A stretch of DNA of 64,000 nt from the human T2T-CHM13v2.0 reference genome, Homo sapiens (GCF_009914755.1 NC_060947.1); one strand, 5' to 3'; positions 30,956-43,355 are shown, numbered from the stretch's first letter. The notes: generated by a model not told the origin, from the sequence alone. Translations and numbers: made by a program.

Positions 30956-31227
30956 ACTGTATACAATTTGCAGCCAGGTGGAAGACAGTACAGACTTCAA
31001 AGCCTCCATTAACTCAGCGAACCCATTCCCCAGCCCATGGACACACACACAAAGACTTACACTCACATTTTTTGCTTATGGGAGCCAGCGTTTCTCCTTA
31101 GGAGTAGCAAGGGATGAGCTTTTTATTGTCACTGTGGCTTTTCAGTTTATGCAACAACACCTTTGAACAAGGGCTGAGACCAGGATGGAACCCACGCTAT
31201 CTCCCTCTTTATAATGGTGCCATTTAA

Positions 31228-31357
31228 AAAATTATTTTGTAGAGATGAGATCTTGCTATGCTGGCCAGGGTGGTCTCAAACTCCTGGCCTCAAGTGATTC
31301 TCCCATCCCCGCCTCCCAAAGCGCTGGGATTATAGGCATGAGCTACTGTGCCCACCT
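31228..31357 (-). mobile_element. Alu monomer (FLAM-like)
   Basis: Reverse-complement left-arm sequence. Confidence 0.85.
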
Positions 31358-31404
31358 AAAACAATGCCATTTTTAAGATGAGGTGCATTTAAAGAAAGGG
31401 TGTA

Positions 31405-31870
31405 TTTGGTAGGCAAAATAAGTACCCTCCAAAGATGTCCAGGAACTCATCCCTGGAACCTGTGAACATGTGAGACGACAAGGCAAGGGAGGAAATGAGT
31501 TGGAAGGTGCTATTGACAGGTACCAATCAGCTGACCTGAAGCATGGATATTATCTTGGGTTATCTCTGGGGGAGTCCAGTGGAATCCCAAGGGTCTTTCT
31601 AAGTGTAAAAGAGGCAGGAGAAAGGAACCAGAAAGACAGCCACATGAGAAGGATCCAACCCCAAAAATGCTGGCTTTTAAGATGGAGAAAGAGGCCATGA
31701 GACAAGGAATGGTGGGAGCTTTCAGAGTCTGAAAAACACAAGAAAACAGCTCCTCCCCTACAACCCCCAGAAGGGACACTGCCCCACTGTCATCTTGAAT
31801 GTTAACCCAAAGGCACTCAGTCCAGACTTTACATGAAACTATAGAACTGCAGGGCAATAAGTGTATGTTT
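31405..31870 (+). mobile_element. MLT1D-like MaLR LTR
   Basis: TGGTAGGCAAAATAA...CCAAAGATGTCC...CCCTGGAACCTGTGAA...CAAGGAATG. Confidence 0.85.
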
Positions 31871-31879
31871 TTACTTTTA

Positions 31880-32275
31880 ATTCCAAAAATTTCACTAACT
31901 TATTTTAATTGACGAACTTAAATGGTATATACCATCTACACCAGGTTGCTTTGAAATATGTATACATCGTGAAATAGCTACACCGAGCTAGTTGACGATT
32001 GCTTTACTTCACCTAAGTATAATTTTCTTTGTGGTGAGAACTCTTAAAATCTACCCTCTTAGCAATCTTTAAAAATACAATATTATCATTAGCTGTTGTC
32101 ACAGTGTTTTACAATAGAGCTCTTGAACTTACTCCTCCTGTCTAACTGAAATCTTGTACCCTTTGGCCAACATCTCCCCAACCTTCCACCTCCCCCAGCT
32201 CCTGGAAACCACATTCTATTCTCTGATTCTGTGAGTTCAACTGTTTTAGATTCCACATAGGAGTGAGATAATGCA
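31880..32275 (-). mobile_element. L1MA 3' UTR fragment
   Basis: CTTTGAAATATGTATACATCGTGAAATAGCTA...TTTTAGATTCCACATAGGAGTGAGAT. Confidence 0.85.
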
Positions 32276-32400
32276 GCCAGGATCAGTGGCTCATGCCTAC
32301 AATCCCAGCAATTTGGGAGGCCAAGGCAGGAGGATCACTAGAGGCCAGGAATTTGAGACTGGCCTGGACAATGCAGGGAGGTTTCATCTCTAGAAAGAAA

Positions 32401-32451
<51 letters not shown>

Positions 32452-34463
32452 ATTATATAATATATATATTATATATATATTATATATAATATATTATATT
32501 ATATATATTATATATAATATATTATATTATATATATTATATATAATATATTATATATATTATATATATTATATATAATATATTATATATATTATATATAT
32601 TATATTATATATTATATATTATATATATTATATATAATATATTATATATTATATATTATATATAATTAATATAATATATAATATATATAATATGTAATAC
32701 AAATTATATATATAAAATATATATTATATGTAATAAAAATTATATATATAAAATATATATTATATATATTATATATATAAAATTTGTATTACATATTATA
32801 TATAATTATGCTATACATATTATATATATCTAATATATTAGATATATATAATATATAAAGCATAATTATAATTATGCTATAGATATTATATAATTATGCT
32901 ATAGATATTATATATAATATAATATATATTATGTATAATATATAATATATATTACATTATGTATAATATATAATATATATTACATTATGTATAATATATA
33001 ATATATATTACATTATGTATAATATATAATATATATTACATTATGTATAATATATAATATATATTACATTATGTATAATATATAATATATATTACATTAT
33101 GTATAATATATAATATATATTACATTATGTATAATATATAATATATATTACATTATGTATAATATATAATATATATTACATTATGTATAATATATAATAT
33201 ATATTACATTATGTATAATATATAATATATATTACATTATGTATAATATATAATATATATTATATTATGTATAATATATAATATATATTATATATTATGT
33301 ATAATATATAATATATATTATATTATGTATAATATATAATATATATTATATTATGTATAATATATAATATATTATATTATGTATAATATATAATATATTA
33401 TATATTATGTATAATATATAATATATTATATATTATGTATAAGATATAATATATTATATATTATGTATAAGATATAATATATATTATATTATGTATAAGA
33501 TATAATATATATTATATTATGTATAAGATATAATATATATTATATTATGTATAAGATATATATTATATTATGTATAAGATATATATTATATTATGTATAA
33601 GATATAATATATATTATATTATGTATAAGATATAATATATATTATATTATGTATAAGATATAATATATATTATATTATGTATAAGATATAATATATATTA
33701 TATTATGTATAAGATATAATATATATTATATTATGTATAAGATATAATATATATTATATTATGTATAAGATATAATATATATTATGTATAAGATATAATA
33801 TATATTATGTATAAGATATAATATATATTATATTATGTATAAGATATAATATATATTATATTATGTATAAGATATAATATATATTATATTATGTATAAGA
33901 TATATATTATATTATGTATAAGATATAATATATATTATATTATGTATAAGATATAATATATATTATATTATGTATAAGATATAATATATATTATATTATG
34001 TATAAGATATAATATATATTATATTATGTATAAGATATAATATATATTATATTATGTATAAGATATAATATATATTATATTATGTATAAGATATAATATA
34101 TATTATATTATGTATAAGATATAATATATATTATATTATGTATAAGATATAATATATATTATATTATGTATAATATATAATATATATTATATTATGTATA
34201 ATATATAATATATATTATATTATGTATAATATATAATATATATTATATTATGTATAATATATAATATATAATATATTATGTATAATATATAATATATAAT
34301 ATATTATAAATAAGTTGGATGTGGTGCACACACCTGTGGTACCAGCCACTCTGAAGGCTCAGGTGAGAGGATTGCTTGAGCCCAGGAGGTCAAGGTTGCA
34401 ATGAGCTATGATCGTACCACTGCATTCTGGCTGGGCCAGAGCGACACCTGGTCTCTAAAAATA
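32276..34463 (+). mobile_element. AluJ split by a ~1.9-kb expansion in its middle linker (left arm 32276-32403, right arm ~34310-34463)
   Basis: Left arm ends CATCTCTAGAAAGAAAAAA; right arm resumes AGTTGGATGTGGTGCACACACCTGTGG in the same orientation. Confidence 0.85.
32405..34308. repeat. (GT)n followed by AT-rich minisatellite, ~28-bp unit
   Basis: Units ATTACATTATGTATAATATATAATATAT and ATTATATTATGTATAAGATATAATATAT in ordered blocks. Confidence 0.98.
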
Positions 34464-35707
34464 ATATGACTTCAAGTACACAGTTACTCATTTGAGGTAG
34501 TAAGGGGTGGCATAAACATCAACTGTTCCATCATTAAGTACACTGTGGCCTCTTTCTTGTCCTTCCACTATAGAGTAAATAGTAGTCAGATAACCCAGGA
34601 TGTACAACAGAACTCAGACATGGACCTCTGCAGTGCTTATTTTGGCTCTGTAACTACTGAAAGAGATCTCAAATAAGGATCTTTTTAGAAACTTAAAGTA
34701 GTACTTCATAGTACTTAGTAGTACCAACACACGCTTTGGGTAAAAGGAAAATCCTTTATGAAAATGCAAACTTTAGGAATTAAATGCTCCCCATAGGGAC
34801 TCACTTATTGCTGTATACGTGACTGCAGGCAGAAAAACACAATCTGAATGAACTTGTTTTTTTTCTTAAACTTGGAAAACCCAGAAAAGGTGAGTGGTAT
34901 ACAGGGGCCAATTAACATAAATAGCACGAGGAAAAATGAGAGGAAGTCACTCCTCTCCTCCCAATGGGAGTACTGTGTTTTGAAGGATTCATGAATGGAA
35001 TTTCAGAAACTTGGCAAAAGAATACATTTACTTCACTTACTCCATATATATTCTGAATTTCATATTTACTAAATAAAGTGTTTCCAAATGAACATTTCTT
35101 TTTTTACATGTTACATGTAAAATTGTTTTACATGTAAAAACATGTACATCTTTTTAACATGTTACATGCAAAAAATCTTTTTACATGTTTGTTATATGTT
35201 GTTACATGTGAAAACTGCACATTAAAAAAAGGAAAGGCAGGCGAATTCATCATTCAAGTTTTTAGATGTCCATATAAACTTCCACATAATCCACGAATAT
35301 TAAACTGGATAAACAAAGCACTCTACAAAATTTACCTTGCCACAGATGTGAAATAATTGTAAGCATACATAAATGTTAACAAAATGCTTTCATTCAATTC
35401 TAAGGGGAGGTATCATTGAATGATGGACCAAAACAAACTAAATAGCATTTTGATGTCTGTGGAAATGACATACCCACAAACCAGTGGCTCAGCACTGATA
35501 TTAATATATCTTGCTCAGTTGCCTTAATCATTTACAGCAGTATAATTTTTTTTAAGAACACAGACAGTAAGGTGCTTTTAATAATTTTGATATGGCCATA
35601 GAGTATATCTATTTTTTGAAGTCCTACTTTCATTGGAATTGCCTCTTTATCCTAATGAGTAAATACAAAAGAACGCACAGATAAGATAGCTTTTGTCTTC
35701 TTCTTCT

Positions 35708-35995
35708 TGTTTTCTGAGAAAGAGTCTTGCTCTGTCGCCCAGGCTGGAGTGCAGTGGCACAATCTTGGCTTACTGCAACCTCCAACTCCCGGGTTCAAGA
35801 GATCCTCCTGCCTCAGCTTCCTGAGTAGCTGGAACTACACGTGCGTGCCACCACGCCCGGGTAATTTTGGTATTTTTAGCAGAGATGGGGTTTCACCATG
35901 TTGGCCAGGCTGGTCTCAAACTCCTGACCTCAAGTGATCCACTCCCCTCGGCCTCCCAAAGTGCTGGGATTACAGGCGTGAGCCACCACACCCAG
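35708..35995 (-). mobile_element. AluS at or inside the FAM9B 3' end, sense to the gene
   Basis: Dimeric Alu; TTGTCTTCTT on both flanks. Confidence 0.95.
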
Positions 35996-36010
35996 CAGAT
36001 ATTGTCTTCT

Positions 36011-36393
36011 TTTATTAGAGAAAAATGTACTTTTCTATGCCTGTGCTTTCTACATTTTTGGAACTGATACAAATCCACAGAGGCCAAATCGAAATCTAAA
36101 TTATCTTTAATGTTAAAATTTAATTGACCGTGTACATAACTATGCAATCCCTGCTTTCTCACAGAAGTGTCTAGGATTCATTCAACAGATCATAGAAACG
36201 AGGTCTGGCATTTAACAGACGAGTGACAGAGGAGCTATACCGATTTATACAACAATTATCAAAACACTGTCATGTAGTTTACTGTAGCTCAAGTTGTGCT
36301 TGTATCATATAACATAGGTTCAAGTTCTTTCTTCAGTCATCAGAATAACAGAGGTTGAAGAGACAACTGGGTAAGTGCCAACTTTTCCAAAAG
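36011..36393 (-). other. FAM9B: FAM9B non-coding terminal exon (3' UTR), minimal extent
   Basis: TTTTTTTTTGAAACAG| acceptor before 36393, supported by SYCP3 last-exon homology; AATAAA on minus at 36016-36011. True 3' end not determinable from sequence. Confidence 0.65.
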
Positions 36394-36530
36394 CTGTTTC
36401 AAAAAAAAATTTAAGTAACTGTAATACACATTTCTGCAAATAAAATATTCCAGTGCTACATCAATCCTGAGTTTTTAATATTAAATATGCACTACTTACA
36501 GTTCTGACATGATTTTATTTAAAAACATGT

Positions 36531-36599
36531 CTAGTTATCAAGTTCACTGTCTTCATCGGAAAAAACTCTGTCACAAAGGTCTTCAAAGTCCTCAAGAGC
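36531..36599 (-). CDS. FAM9B: FAM9B last coding segment (ALEDFEDLCDRVFSDEDSELDN*), in exon 8 (36500-36599)
   Basis: TTTTCTTTTAG| acceptor; TAG at 36533-36531; donor ACT|GTAAGT after 36500. Confidence 0.95.
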   Translation of the reverse strand, partial: ALEDFEDLCDRVFSDEDSELDN

Positions 36600-37049
36600 C
36601 TAAAAGAAAAAGTCTAGTTCACTGACAAACCACCACTTTATATCTCGCATTTTAAACAGGGTTAATTAAATGTCAAAAGGAAACAGCTTTTAATATTCAA
36701 AGGATGCCAGTTATTCATTTCAAATAGAAAAAACTATAATCAATACATGGAGCTCCAAATACCCAATTAAATTTTTTAATGCCAGATTTCAGTGACATAT
36801 TATTTTAGCAGGTCTAACAGTCATGTACTTTGCTTAAATAAAATGGGTTGAAGAACATCTTAAGGTCAAGATGGAGCGAAGACAGAAAAAGACGGGCAGG
36901 CTTATATCATGAAATATTATATTTTTTTTCAGCAGGTAGCGACCCATGTATTATCAGCAATAGCCTACATAACATGGTTTCCATTGAAGGGATAAAATGG
37001 TTGGTGATATGACCTCATCAAGTTAGAGAAAACGTAACTGTGTTTGAAA

Positions 37050-37800
37050 TATATACTCTTTACTCAACAAATAGTTCAACAGTTCCTACTCCCTAAAATG
37101 TTGTAGGTTAATGCTGAGGAAGATGTAAAAAATGAATACACAATCTTCCGTATTTCTATGACATGAGCAAATGCACAAATAAAAAACAAGTAATACAAAA
37201 CTTGTGTAACTGCTATGGAAGGGCAACTCACTCGGGCATGTAGCCAAAAATGGAGACTGATGTTGATTTAGTTGGCGAAAGGTTTCAATCAGTCAAAAAA
37301 AGATTTTAAAAGTATTGTGAGGGAAGAGCATGAGCAAAGCATGGGAGTAACGGTGAGTTCCTTCAGGGAAGGCGGTCAACCTGGAGAAGTGGGAGGAAAG
37401 ACAGAAGGCGGCAAAACAAGCCTAAGAGGGGGTCATGTAAAGGGGAGAGTCTCTGAATATCTAAGAACTGAGACGGGGCATCACTGACAGGCTGGGAAGA
37501 CGGAAGGGCTGGGAAGCATTTTAGGAAGGGAAGGGTTTTAGAAAGATAATATTGCCAATCAATGAAGGATGGCTCAGAAGAGAAGAGAGAACTCAGAAAA
37601 GAGTTTAATAGTACAGGTAAGGAAGAATGAGGTCTTGGACTAGGGTAGCCGCAGTGGGAATTTAAAGAAAGAAATTAAAGGACCATTGCAGAGGTAAAAC
37701 TTGCCTCGTGATAACTACATGGGAAGGATAATGAACTCAGAAGAGTCCAAGATGATAGCAAAGTTCCTAACCTAAGTGGTAACATGAAACATTAATACTG
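37050..37800 (-). mobile_element. L2 fragment in FAM9B intron 7
   Basis: ACTCAACAAATAGTT end, GGTCTTGGACTAGGGTAG, GAGTCCAAGATGATAGCAAAGTT motifs. Confidence 0.65.
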
Positions 37801-38464
37801 ACAGGAAAACTACTAGTCTCATGTTCATACCAATTAATAAATGGTATCTGGAGAACATTATAGCAACATGTTCTCTACTTGTAACTTCTATTTAAATAAC
37901 TGTTTGTGTATAGATAATCCTCAAGTTGCTTGAAAATTTTATTTTCAAACTCTTTTCCCAGTTTATTTAACACATCTCAGTTAGTGTAGAGAAGTGACAT
38001 ATGAACATGTCTTTTCCAAGGTTATTAAAAAGAATACCAGATCTCCCCAAAAAAGATTCCACTGCTTCCTAAATTATCTACATCTACATGAAGAAGAGGT
38101 CATTGTCTGATGATAATTTGCTAATGTGCTGTACAACAGCAGATAATTCGCAATTCACAACGTGTTAATAATCTGCTGGCTTTCCCATTCTGTTATACAT
38201 CTGAACCATCTCTTATGATTACAAATTGTCATGTAGAACCATTACTAATAATTTTGTAAGTGAATATGCCATAAAACACTCCTGTGTTTCAGCAAGAAAT
38301 AAAAAAGACACACAGTAGTTACGCTTGCCTACTTCCTATTTAACTAAAACTCTTGAAACAACACAAGTAAAAAAGCCATCCAGAAAGGATTTATGGACCT
38401 CTTGCCTTCCACCATAGATTTGTCATTGATGTCCTGAAAACTGAAAATAAAATCTTCATTAAAA

Positions 38465-38597
38465 CCCATTTATGCCTAGTGTTCCATTATTGGAACGCTA
38501 AGCTTGTGGGAATCATATATATCCTACTGCTCAAGGTCATGGCCAAGGTCTGATTTTTCACACACAAAAAAAATTTGCAACCTCTGGCATAAATAGG
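38465..38597 (+). mobile_element. MER85 piggyBac (PGBD3-derived) MITE
   Basis: TIRs CCCATTTATGCC / GGCATAAATAGG, TTAA at 38598-38601, internal palindrome GTTCCATTATTGGAAC at 38481-38496. Confidence 0.93.
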
Positions 38598-38868
38598 TTA
38601 ATGTGTTAATAAAGTGTCAATTTTATACATAAGATGTGTATTTCTAGGTAAAATTTCCAATTTACCTTTTCCTGTTCTAAATAACTCCCACAAACTATTC
38701 ATGAATCCTAAAAATACATTTACCAATTATATTATATCTGGAACAATACATTCAAAGTGAAAATGCTAAGTAATTTGAAATGTATAATCAAATGTCTTTC
38801 CATACATTCAGAAACAAGCAGACTGTCTTCTATTATGCACGTGTTGTATTTTATAATGTATTATGTTA

Positions 38869-38982
<114 letters not shown>

Positions 38983-39519
38983 CTAGAATCCCAAAACAAA
39001 ATAGTGATAAAAATTGGGTAAATTTTAATACTTACAAAACATAATTCTGCATTAGCTTTAAAGGAATACTGTTTAAATCAATACCTCTGAACACTTTCTT
39101 TTAGACAACATTTAGGACCAATTTTAAACAATTGTGTTCACCAATAACATGCTAAAATGATGTATTAACCTTTTTTATCAGTCATTAAGTAAAGAATTTT
39201 CTTACTTTTACACATTCAACACATATGTCCTAATTCTTGATTTCCAATGAAGAGTATTTGATGAACCTTCCTATAATTTGTTGACCACAGATAGGTAAGA
39301 TCTATACAGAAATTAACTAAGAAAAATTCTTTCTAAGATTTTAAGCATGTATTAAATCTCGGTCATTTCAATATGCACATAGATGAACCACCCAATAATG
39401 ATTGCCTTTCTGCACCCTGACCTAATCTCCAACAACAGTGTTCTCCTCTCCTCTACGTGGCACTCACTCACACAGTCATCCCCTAGATTTTGTCATTCCC
39501 AATGACTTCAACACCTACG

Positions 39520-39810
39520 TAATATTAATAATAGCAATGATAAAGAGCAACCATGGGTCAGATCACATCCTGAAAAACTTAAATAAACCTGTTACACAGA
39601 AACCCTTTGATCCTCCAAACAACTCTGACGTAGGTACTCTTACCATGTCTCCTTTCGTAGATAAGATAATTTGCCCATGGTTTCCGAGCTAGCAATGGTC
39701 AAGCTGAGATAAATAATTTTTCCATGGTTTCCGAGCTAGCAATGGTCAAGCTAGAATCCCAAGCAGTGTGGATGCATAGTCCCAGCCCTTGACCACTGCA
39801 CTCAGCTGTT
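39520..39810 (+). mobile_element. MIR with internal 47-bp tandem duplication
   Basis: TTTGATCCTCCAAACAACTCTGACGTAGGTACT...AGAATCCCAAGCAGTGTGGA...CTTGACCACTGCAC. Confidence 0.7.
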
Positions 39811-40271
39811 TCTCCAACTTCCCAACATACAGCCACTACCTCCCTGCCATCGTAGGTCACTCACTTCAGTACTACAGCTCAGGAGTCTGTTGGGACCTGA
39901 CACCCACTGAATGGAGCACTTTTTACTGCCCATTGCCCACTCCCGTGTGCTCAGATAACTCAGTCCCAGCTGAAATTCCACAGCCAGTCATCATATCCCC
40001 ATCTCTGCATCTATTCCCTGCCCAACTCTCCCTCTATCAATCTGCTCGGCTACACCCCGACCCAGGAAATTCCAACCCTACAGCTGTGCTTGCACAAATA
40101 TGCCAACTGGGCTTACTTTAACTTCTTCATCGTTATGATGCTGACTTCAGTTGGACCCCTAATGCTGCGTGGCAATTATATTCCCCTAGTCCATTAGTCC
40201 ACTAACGGGCCCCCCTCTCTGGGCTCATGCGCTCTTCCTTCTTTGCTGGATTTCTGCATGAACTATTACTA

Positions 40272-40466
<195 letters not shown>

Positions 40467-41212
40467 TCATAGAGAGATGAAAAATTAATCCTATTCAAAC
40501 CCAAACTGACTTGACATAATTTATACTATAAAGTAGCAAGGGAGTAATAGCAGCTGAAATCTTCTTTTTGGAAAAAAGTGAAATGAGTTACTCTCATTTT
40601 GAAAGGATTCTTTTCTTCCTGACTACTAGAGCAGCTATCTTACATTCTTTACCTGCTGAAGACAAAGGAGGGTTTACTGCACTATAACTTTCCCAGAAAC
40701 ATTTTCTCTAAGAGCAGTTTACTTTCCATTTCCTCTTACTGAATAACATATGGGTTCTCATAAGTAGGTTCAAGAATATCATAGCCATTCATCCCATAAG
40801 ATTTCCCAAAAGAAAAACTTCACTTAACTATTTCTCCACTTTGGCACACCAATGATTTTGTAAAAGAAATAGTGAAAACAATTTAACTAAAATAGATAAC
40901 TTATTTACAACATAAGGTTATCCCTTTCTACATAATTGAGTATCGTTAAGGATCTACAGACTAAACATTGAGAACATTTATCTTATATGCAGCTACCATA
41001 TTTCTAGAAATGGATAAACATTAATTTTACAAGAAGGCTATTTTTATCTGGAAGGCAAAAAGAGGTCATCTTCATTGGCTTCTAGGTAATATCTCTTAAT
41101 TCTGTTAAACTGAGGTTATAAAACTAAAGAAACTTACCTACTTAGAGAACAATCAAGTAAAATATGTTGTTCACTAGAGACGCCAATATGTACAGGATAG
41201 TTTTTGAAATTA

Positions 41213-41410
<198 letters not shown>

Positions 41411-42585
41411 TTAAAAGTTAATGTTGAAAAGTAGTTTCTTTGCATATACTGACATCAATATGGGACTTTATGGTTCAGCAATTTCAGAAGGATATTTAAA
41501 ATATAAAATGCAAAGATCATTTCAAAAAGCAAGATTTACTCACTTATTTTCTGTAAAACCTTTCAGGTATTAACATTCGCATTTCAATTCCAGTTGGTAT
41601 AACTGAAAATCACTTAATTGACAGATGATGAAAAAAAGCAAATAATTAAAAGTCTCTATTTTTTAAATGTGCAGAAAGAGTTATAAGCACAGACTTTAAT
41701 TTCTACATTTATAAAATGTCCTACAATTCAAAGGAGATGCTTCCATGAAATACTGCACAATTCATTACGTAAAGCACACAAAAAAGTATCTTATATAATA
41801 GAACCCTCAAAAGGGTAGAAATAACTTAATGCACAATAAGAAAAGCATTTTTAAGCAATCTAGTGATTGATGCTATTAACTGTATTTTAATAAAAGAAGC
41901 AATGGCCATGAGTATAAAAATTTAGGTTTAGGTAAAGAAATACATTCAAAAACACTTTTGAAATGTTTTCTTGGAGCTTTTTATGACATTTGTACCCATA
42001 GTGCTGTGTTTCAGAAAACTGTAATACTGCAAGGAATGCTTTCCTAAACATGATTTCACATCAGAGCTCTACCATCAATTGCTAAGAATAATTTTCAGCA
42101 ATCATAAAAGATTTGTACCACAATGCAAATATTTTTTACATACAGTCTCCATCTATAATGCCCAATGTATTAGGCAGCTCACAAAACCAGCACTTTGTCA
42201 CCAAGCTTTCCAAATATACTGCTTGTATGAATCATCGCTAGAGAAGAGCTGAAAACTGAATTGAGCTTTTTAAAAATAAGAGTATTGTCTCCATCATCTC
42301 TACAGAAATTTTCTCAAACTTTTTTGAAAATATGGTCCTATAAGAGTGTAACTAATATTTCACACAGCAATATAAAGTTTATGAGTTTTTGGAGCCAATT
42401 ACATGTTTCTCACTAGGTAGAAAAGTTGTCCTTACTTTTCTACTACACAGTTTATTACTGGAATAATAATAGAAAATGATTTTAGAAAATTCAATTTTCT
42501 CTTGTACTTTAAAGAAAACAAAATCAGAAAGCTGTGACAATAGAACAGCTAAATTAGGAACATGAAAAACTCATATTAAAAACTC

Positions 42586-42803
42586 TGAGTACAGACGGAC
42601 AGGAAGAGAGGAACAACAGACAACTGGGCCTACTTGAGGGTGGAGGGTAGGAGGAGGGTGAGGATCAAAGACCACCCATCAGGTACTATGCTTATAAACT
42701 GGGTGACAAAATAATCTGTATACCAAAACCCTGTGACATGCAATTTATCTACATAACAAACCTCCACATGTACCCCCAAACTTAAAGTAAAAGCTAAAAA
42801 AAA
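42586..42803 (+). mobile_element. Older L1PA (PA15/16-like) 3' end in FAM9B intron 4, antisense to the gene
   Basis: GGCCTACTTGAGGGTGGAGGG...ACAAACCTCCACATGTACCCC...A tail. Confidence 0.85.
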
Positions 42804-43145
42804 CCATTGATATATGACTTAATCTGTGTATACTAAAAGGAACGAATAGAGCTGTTTCTCCTCCACTGTCCTCTAATATCCTCCAAACAATTAAATTTCC
42901 ACATGTATGAAAGAAAAGCCATCCATCTCGCTTCACCATTATTAGAAGCATTCTCACATTCCACATCAACAATCAAAAAGGTAAGAAAAATTTATCAAAT
43001 AGATTACATTAAATACGTACGTTAAATGCTACATATGAGAAGCCATTTAAGACAGTCTTGTCGTCCACTAATTCATATAACCTACTGCAACAGTTGTATG
43101 ACTGAAAACAATTTTCATAAACTACAGATAACTCCTAAAACATAC

Positions 43146-43177
43146 CTGCAGTATCTTCTGGCTTCTTGGTATTAGCC
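43146..43177 (-). CDS. FAM9B: FAM9B exon 4 (ANTKKPEDTA), 32 nt
   Basis: TTTTTTTACAG| acceptor, CAG|GTATG donor, phase 2 to phase 1. Confidence 0.95.
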
Positions 43178-43355
43178 CTGTAAAAAAAGTTACATCAAAA
43201 TTTTAACAAAATACTACACAAAATGCCATGTTTGTTGGGAAAAGAAATGTCTTATGTGAAATGTTCTGCATAGAATAGAACAGTGATGACATGGTCCAAA
43301 GCTGACTTTTCCTAAAAGACCCTATCCGACAGGCAAAAGTGACTTAAACACTTTA

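Noticed and set aside
32940-34300. Regular ~28-bp repeats superficially like a CRISPR array
   Set aside because: No unique spacers, eukaryotic context; ordinary minisatellite structure.
36418-36433. Alternative acceptors for the terminal exon at 36433 and 36418
   Set aside because: They give very short introns (66 and 81 nt); 36393 has the better T tract and exact SYCP3 exon-length correspondence. Not fully excluded.
38399-38433. Possible 35-nt cryptic exon beside MER85 (TTTTCAG|GACATC...GAG|GTCCAT)
   Set aside because: Good acceptor but poor donor, frameshifting, and no SYCP3 counterpart.
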